In this document: in pieces, positions 59,143 through 64,000 of the stretch | Position numbering within the stretch: the stretch's first letter is position 1 | How the letters are laid out: every line of letters begins with the position of its first letter | Made by a program: the position numbers and the translations under genes | From: Paludibacteraceae bacterium | GTDB taxonomy: Bacteria > Bacteroidota > Bacteroidia > Bacteroidales > Paludibacteraceae | Length of the DNA stretch: 64,000 nucleotides | NCBI GenBank assembly: GCA_045579895.1 | Contig: JAZNMT010000012.1 | Span: 11,165 to 75,164, forward strand | Direction of reading: 5' to 3' | The notes under the pieces: generated by a model | What the model saw: only the letters and a program-made list of their open reading frames with translations | Databases searched by the model: none | What the model was told of the DNA's origin: nothing

Positions 59143-59150
59143 TATTCTTG
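59143..59150 (+). promoter_or_regulatory. degenerate -7 box (TAttCTTG, context cTTGCGGGCaaaa) ahead of the candidate system operon
   Basis: It shares the ..TTGCGGGC context with the two 40-mer modules and lies about 90 nt upstream of the ATG at 59241. Confidence 0.3.
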
Positions 59151-59240
59151 CGGGCAAAAAAAATATAAATTAGATTGACTAAAAAACAAGATATATTACG
59201 CACTCTTAACTTTGCTGAAGCAAATGTTGAAGATAAAAAC

Positions 59241-61049
59241 ATGAAGCGCCTCTTTCGCGATTATACTGAGAGACGATTCTTGGTTGGGTATATTCGTCCA
59301 AAAAACCGAAAGTGGTTTAGCAAAACACATTTGTACAATGTAAGACTTGAAGATGCCAAACGCAAAGGCGGTGTAAATGATAAGAATCCATTGTCTTATG
59401 CTGTAGATTATGTTATTCTTTACAAAAATAGCAAGGAAAATAAATACAAAATATACAAGGTTGAGAAATCAGAAGTGCTTTCAATAGAAGCAATGCTACA
59501 ACTTGATTACCCTAATCCTCGTAGTGAGTATTTGGTGTTTACTTTAGGGGAGGAAGTTAAATTCGAGGATATTGACCTTAAAGTTCTGCTTGATAGTGAA
59601 TGTAAAGCAAAGCATGAACCAATTTATCTTACTGGCTATAATTTGTTTAGTTGCTATAGAAAAAAAGCATCTAAAAAAATCGGTCTTGTTGATGCTGATT
59701 TGTTATGCAATGGCACTCGCCATCCTAACTTAGCTTTACTTAAGATAGCAGGTTATTTATTTGATAATAACATTTCCTTTGAACTCATTACAGATACTAA
59801 GACAGATATAAGCCAATATACATATATCTACATGTCCCGCGTCTTTACTTTCACAGAAGAACCTACTTTCTATCTCAATGCTTCTGCTTCTGAAAAGAAA
59901 AAGTTTCGTTTAGGTGGAACTGGATATTATGCAAACGAAAAGTCTGTTTCTAAGTTTCGTCAATTGCGAGAAGAAGATATGGACAGACTAAGTCACGACG
60001 CATTTTTGAATACCCTTACTTGCAAGCATACTGGCAAACAGGGAATCAATATGGCAGTTCAAATGCCATACTATGACCTGTACAAAGAATATATTGACAG
60101 ACAAGTTGAAGCGGGATTTAAACGTGATAAATACAAAGATTACGAAAAATATTCCATTGGATTTCTTACGAGAAAATGTTTCCGTCATTGCCCATTTTGC
60201 GTAAATAAATTGGAGGATGGTGTTGTGTCGTATTCAAAACTCGAATGGTTCCACGACAAGAAACGCCCTTATGTATATTTCTGGGATGATAATTTTTTAG
60301 GAGCTCCATACCGTATATGGAGAGCGCACCTTCAGTATTTGATTGACAATAAAATATCATTCCAATTTCGTCAAGGTTTAGACGAACGGTTGCTTGCAGA
60401 AGATGAACATGGAGAAGAGATGGCACAAATGCTTAGTCGATCTCGTTACCATGGAGATTTTATATTTGCTTTTGACAATTGGAAAGACCGCGAAGTTATT
60501 GAGCGTGCATTAAAGATTTGGAAGCGCCATAATCCAAAGAAGGGAACTAAGTTCTATCTATTCTGTGGATTCATGCAGACGCAAGACAATTTTGACAAGT
60601 TCTATCGTGATATTTGGGAGTTGTTCCAACGAATTAAAATCCTCATGCAATATGGTTGTGTAGGATATGTAATGCGCCATGAGGACTACCACAAATCTCC
60701 ATTAGAGAATATCTATGTGCAAGTTGCTCGATGGTGTAATCAACAGGCGTTCTACAAGAAAATGTCTTTTTGGGAATATACTTATCGCAATCAAACATTT
60801 TGGGAAGAACAGGCTGGATTTGAAGTTCCTCAAAAATTAAAATCATTCATTGACTTTGAGCGTGACTTACAAGCAGGCTATTACGAAAAAGTGGATGTTC
60901 GAGGCAAGGTTCGAAAAATATCACGTCCTATACGAACATTATTGAATCTCTTAGAAATGTATCCACAACATAGGGAGGAGTTACTTGAAATGTTTGACTA
61001 TAAGATGTCCAATTTGGTAGATTCTACTTTATGGGAAAACAATGAATAA
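59241..61049 (+). CDS. radical-SAM superfamily enzyme (~600 aa) with an uncharacterised N-terminal domain and a Rossmann-like (B12-binding-domain-like) module
   Basis: The CxxxCxxC cluster sits in GFLTRKCFRHCPFCV, followed by VYFWDDNFLG and FRQGLDERL, as in class-B-type rSAM proteins. Upstream, IGLVDADLL...PNLALLKIAGYLFDNNISFELITD resembles their N-terminal domain. The ATG at 59241 is preferred over the TTG at 59175. Confidence 0.65.
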   Translation: MKRLFRDYTERRFLVGYIRPKNRKWFSKTHLYNVRLEDAKRKGGVNDKNPLSYAVDYVILYKNSKENKYKIYKVEKSEVLSIEAMLQLDYPNPRSEYLVFTLGEEVKFEDIDLKVLLDSECKAKHEPIYLTGYNLFSCYRKKASKKIGLVDADLLCNGTRHPNLALLKIAGYLFDNNISFELITDTKTDISQYTYIYMSRVFTFTEEPTFYLNASASEKKKFRLGGTGYYANEKSVSKFRQLREEDMDRLSHDAFLNTLTCKHTGKQGINMAVQMPYYDLYKEYIDRQVEAGFKRDKYKDYEKYSIGFLTRKCFRHCPFCVNKLEDGVVSYSKLEWFHDKKRPYVYFWDDNFLGAPYRIWRAHLQYLIDNKISFQFRQGLDERLLAEDEHGEEMAQMLSRSRYHGDFIFAFDNWKDREVIERALKIWKRHNPKKGTKFYLFCGFMQTQDNFDKFYRDIWELFQRIKILMQYGCVGYVMRHEDYHKSPLENIYVQVARWCNQQAFYKKMSFWEYTYRNQTFWEEQAGFEVPQKLKSFIDFERDLQAGYYEKVDVRGKVRKISRPIRTLLNLLEMYPQHREELLEMFDYKMSNLVDSTLWENNE

Positions 61050-61066
61050 TTATAAATCTATATACT

Positions 61067-62080
61067 ATGGCAAAATGGCAACTAACTACGCTTAATATTA
61101 GCGACATTTGTTTGGATGAAGAGAATCCTCGTATCATGCAAATTCTTGAAAATTACGTAGAGGTAAATAGCGCAATAATAGCAAATGCGCTATCTGATGA
61201 CTCAGATAATAGTTCACATACTTCATATCATTCTCTATTGGACTCAATAAAGACTAGTGGATGTATCATAAATCCGATTCATGTTAATCACGATGAACAA
61301 GGACGTTATGTCGTTATAGAAGGAAATACTCGCGTTCAAATCTACAAGGAGTTTTTAGCCAAGAATGTCCCTGGCAATTGGGAACAGATACCAGCATTAG
61401 TATATGAACAATTAGATGAATTGCAAAAACACGAAATTCGGCTGCAATCACACTTAGTGGGACCTCGTGATTGGAATCCATATTCTAAGGCTAAATATTT
61501 ACATAAATTGAGCCATTCAGGATTACCAATGAACCAAATTATCTCTATGTGCGGTGGACGTGCTTCTGAAATAAACAAATATATTCAAGCATATGAATAT
61601 ATGGAAGATTATTATCGCACATACATCAATTCTATCCCAAATATGGAATTTGACCCACAAGAATTTTCAAAGTTCTTAGAATATCAAAATTCCCGTATTC
61701 AAGGAGCGATACGTCGCAAGGGCTATGAAGATAATCAGTTTGCTAAGTGGGTCGCAGATGGCAATGTTGATAAAGCAATGGCTGTTCGTCGTATTCCTGA
61801 TGTGTTAAAAAACGAAGAAGCTCATAAAGTTTTTGTTAAACAAAATTTGACAGAAGCCGAGAAAGTTTTGCATGCTGCTGAATTGATGACTACTGATCTA
61901 AGTGAATATCCATATGAAAAACTAGCTCAAGAACTTCGTATAAAGTTAGATAATTTAGCCGCCACTGAAATAAAACTATTGGCTACAAAAGAATCACATA
62001 TTGAGAAAAGAGAAATTTTGGAGTTGCTTAAATCAAAGTTAGATTTCATTATTGAAACAATGATGGAAATGGAGGACTAA
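61067..62080 (+). CDS. ParB/Srx-fold N-terminal domain protein with helical C-terminal region
   Basis: ISDICLDEENPRI and NPIHV...GRYVVIEGNTRVQIY match the ParB-like nuclease/NTPase domain motifs. It starts 18 nt after the upstream stop. Confidence 0.6.
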   Translation: MAKWQLTTLNISDICLDEENPRIMQILENYVEVNSAIIANALSDDSDNSSHTSYHSLLDSIKTSGCIINPIHVNHDEQGRYVVIEGNTRVQIYKEFLAKNVPGNWEQIPALVYEQLDELQKHEIRLQSHLVGPRDWNPYSKAKYLHKLSHSGLPMNQIISMCGGRASEINKYIQAYEYMEDYYRTYINSIPNMEFDPQEFSKFLEYQNSRIQGAIRRKGYEDNQFAKWVADGNVDKAMAVRRIPDVLKNEEAHKVFVKQNLTEAEKVLHAAELMTTDLSEYPYEKLAQELRIKLDNLAATEIKLLATKESHIEKREILELLKSKLDFIIETMMEMED

Positions 62081-62496
62081 TGGCAGAATCCCTTAATCAT
62101 ATAACCTATGTAAAAAGGATTGTTGAGTATGCGAAGGACATACCCTCTGCTTTTATTCCTAGTTGCTTACTAGCCGATCTTCCAGATTTTCCAGAACGTC
62201 CTATAGCAACGCTCGATGGATATATTCCAGATGTATTATATAACGATTCACATACAATAATCATTGGTGAAGCCAAAACTATTCGAGATGTTGAAAATGA
62301 CCATACGGAACGTCAGATTAATAGTTACATAGATGAGGTCAGATGTCACAAAGGAACTCGTCATATTGTGATTTGCTCAAATGCATTATCATTTTCGCAC
62401 ATTAAAAATATGATTGTTCGTAAAAAGATGCGTGAGAATATTTCGGATATAAGTTTTCATATTTTAGACAACATATATAAAGTGGCTGTTATATGA
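62080..62496 (+). CDS. small PD-(D/E)xK (restriction-endonuclease-like) protein
   Basis: The 138 aa ORF reads GYIPDVLYNDSHTIIIGEAKT, which gives a PD...ExK arrangement. Its start overlaps the upstream stop (TAATG). Confidence 0.5.
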   Translation: MAESLNHITYVKRIVEYAKDIPSAFIPSCLLADLPDFPERPIATLDGYIPDVLYNDSHTIIIGEAKTIRDVENDHTERQINSYIDEVRCHKGTRHIVICSNALSFSHIKNMIVRKKMRENISDISFHILDNIYKVAVI

Positions 62497-63962
62497 GCAA
62501 TATAAGATACAATACTGTTTATAATTTATCAGCTAAACTTAATGCGTTTAAGTATCAGCACGAGGCTTTCCTTGAAATTAAGGATAAACCATATGCTGCT
62601 ATTTTCCATGAACAGGGATTAGGAAAGACTAAAATAGCCATTGATTTACTTCTATATTGGCTGTCTTCTTGTGATGTGGATACTGTTATGGTTGTAACTA
62701 AAAAGACACTTGTCCCCAATTGGGTGGATGAGTTTGCAACACATACGAATCTTCGTCCTAAAGTAATGAATAATAGCAAGGGTAATAATTATTATATTCT
62801 TAATAGTCCAGTTCGCACCATTATTACAAATTTCGAAACTATTTCTGGAGAAAAAGAGAGGATTGAGAGATTTTTGAAAACAAGAAATGTTGCTATTATT
62901 ATTGATGAATCTGCAAAAATCAAAAACCCTGATTCAAAACTTACCCAAGACTTCTTATATCTTGCACCTCTGTTCTACAGAAAAGTTATAATGTCAGGAA
63001 CTCCTGTAGCAAATCGTCCTTATGATATATGGTCTCAAATATATTTTCTTGATTTAGGTGAAAGCCTTGGTACTGACTTTGCCTCTTTTAAGCATACATG
63101 CGATTTGTCAAATGATTTAGTTCATAATACAGAAAGAAAGGAACTTTTTGAAGACAATGTATCTAAAATCTTTGATAAAATTCGCTCGTTTACCGTTCGA
63201 GAAACAAAGAATAGTGGTATAATAACTTTACCATCAAAAATTTATCATGACGTTTATATCGCTTTTGAAAATCAACAACAAATGATGTATAAACAGATAC
63301 AAAACGAAATGACCATTCTGCTCAAACAAGGTGATGAGACAATTTTGGATGAGTCTTCAGATACCATTAAAAGACTTTTGCGATTAGTACAAGTTACTTC
63401 CAATCCTAAATTGTTAGACGAAGCATATGAAGGTCCATCTGCAAAGGAGATGCTTCTTGATAGACTTATAACGCAAATCATCGAACGCAATGAAAAAGCT
63501 ATTGTTTGGAGTAGTTTTACGGGAAATATTGATGAGTTCTGCAAAAAATACAAACATTTAAATGCTGTAAAAATTACGGGAAAGATGAGTACAGAAGACC
63601 GTATTCGCTCTGTTAAAGCATTCAAAGAAGGTAATGCATGTTTGCTTTTTGCTACTCCACAGTCGGCAAAAGAGGGCTTAACATTAACTGTTGCCAATAA
63701 CGCTATTTTCTATGATAGAGGATTTAATCTCGACGATTACTTACAAGCTCAAGATAGAATACATCGTATCTCGCAAAAAAAAGATTGCAATATTTACAAC
63801 CTTTTGATTGAAGATAGTATTGATATATGGGTTGATTACTTGCTCAAAGCAAAACAACAAGCAGCTTTTCTGGCTCAAGGTGATATTAGCAAAGAAGAAT
63901 ATCAGAAAAATGCGGATTATTCTTTTGCTCAAATTGTTCAGGAAATTTTAAAAACTAATTAA
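62493..63962 (+). CDS. compact SNF2-family helicase/translocase
   Basis: Motif I is HEQGLGKT, motif II is IIIDESAKIKN, motif III is MSGTPVANRPYDIW and motifs V/VI are TPQSAKEGLTLT...QAQDRIHRISQ. An ATGA overlap joins it to the upstream gene. Confidence 0.85.
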   Translation: MSNIRYNTVYNLSAKLNAFKYQHEAFLEIKDKPYAAIFHEQGLGKTKIAIDLLLYWLSSCDVDTVMVVTKKTLVPNWVDEFATHTNLRPKVMNNSKGNNYYILNSPVRTIITNFETISGEKERIERFLKTRNVAIIIDESAKIKNPDSKLTQDFLYLAPLFYRKVIMSGTPVANRPYDIWSQIYFLDLGESLGTDFASFKHTCDLSNDLVHNTERKELFEDNVSKIFDKIRSFTVRETKNSGIITLPSKIYHDVYIAFENQQQMMYKQIQNEMTILLKQGDETILDESSDTIKRLLRLVQVTSNPKLLDEAYEGPSAKEMLLDRLITQIIERNEKAIVWSSFTGNIDEFCKKYKHLNAVKITGKMSTEDRIRSVKAFKEGNACLLFATPQSAKEGLTLTVANNAIFYDRGFNLDDYLQAQDRIHRISQKKDCNIYNLLIEDSIDIWVDYLLKAKQQAAFLAQGDISKEEYQKNADYSFAQIVQEILKTN

Positions 63963-63963
63963 T

Positions 63964-64000
63964 ATGGAAAGCAGAAAGACTACAATGACTATCGGTAAAC
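63964..64000 (+). CDS. 5' end of a further operon gene (truncated by the window edge)
   Basis: An ATG lies 1 nt after the SNF2 stop. MESRKTTMTIGK... remains open to the end of the window. Confidence 0.4.
   Translation, partial: MESRKTTMTIGK

Noticed and set aside
55409-64000. Calling the right-hand segment a defined mobile element (ICE, transposon or prophage)
   Set aside because: No integrase, transposase, relaxase, phage structural gene, tRNA target or terminal inverted repeats are visible in the window. I can only support an accessory-island character.

Overview
The window looks like a Bacteroidota chromosome, probably Bacteroidales and Prevotella-like. This is an inference from TAnnTTTG -7 promoter boxes in front of most genes, the absence of Shine-Dalgarno sites, T9SS/gliding genes (gldH, a PorZ-like gene, cargo with C-terminal sorting domains), ExbB/ExbD clusters and TonB-dependent receptors. 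Positions 1-55.4 kb are densely packed housekeeping genes: rnr (partial), pgk, exbBD, tRNA-Ser(GGA), tatD, queA, smpB, lpxD/lpxC, a UvrD-type helicase, folE, rdgB, greA, miaB, apbC, trmB, gldH, holB, pyrE, psd, deoC and an NfnAB-like fusion. They are interspersed with surface and secreted proteins and one metal-uptake cluster. At about 55.4 kb the character changes to what looks like an accessory island. It starts with a ~0.5 kb GC-rich, hairpin-dense stretch with no ORF. Then come cassettes that each follow a near-identical promoter-like 40-mer: an AAA ATPase (AAA_14/DUF4143 type), a decayed remnant plus an intact copy of a DUF1016/YhcG PD-(D/E)xK nuclease gene, and a visibly AT-rich operon. 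That operon has at least five translationally coupled genes: a ~600 aa radical-SAM enzyme, a ParB-like protein, a 138 aa PD-(D/E)xK nuclease, a compact SNF2 helicase and one more gene cut by the window edge. I cannot assign it to any named modification or defence system, and it is my top candidate for a novel system. I saw no rRNA, CRISPR array, integrase or transposase. All calls come from reading the sequence and the ORF track only, with no database searches.
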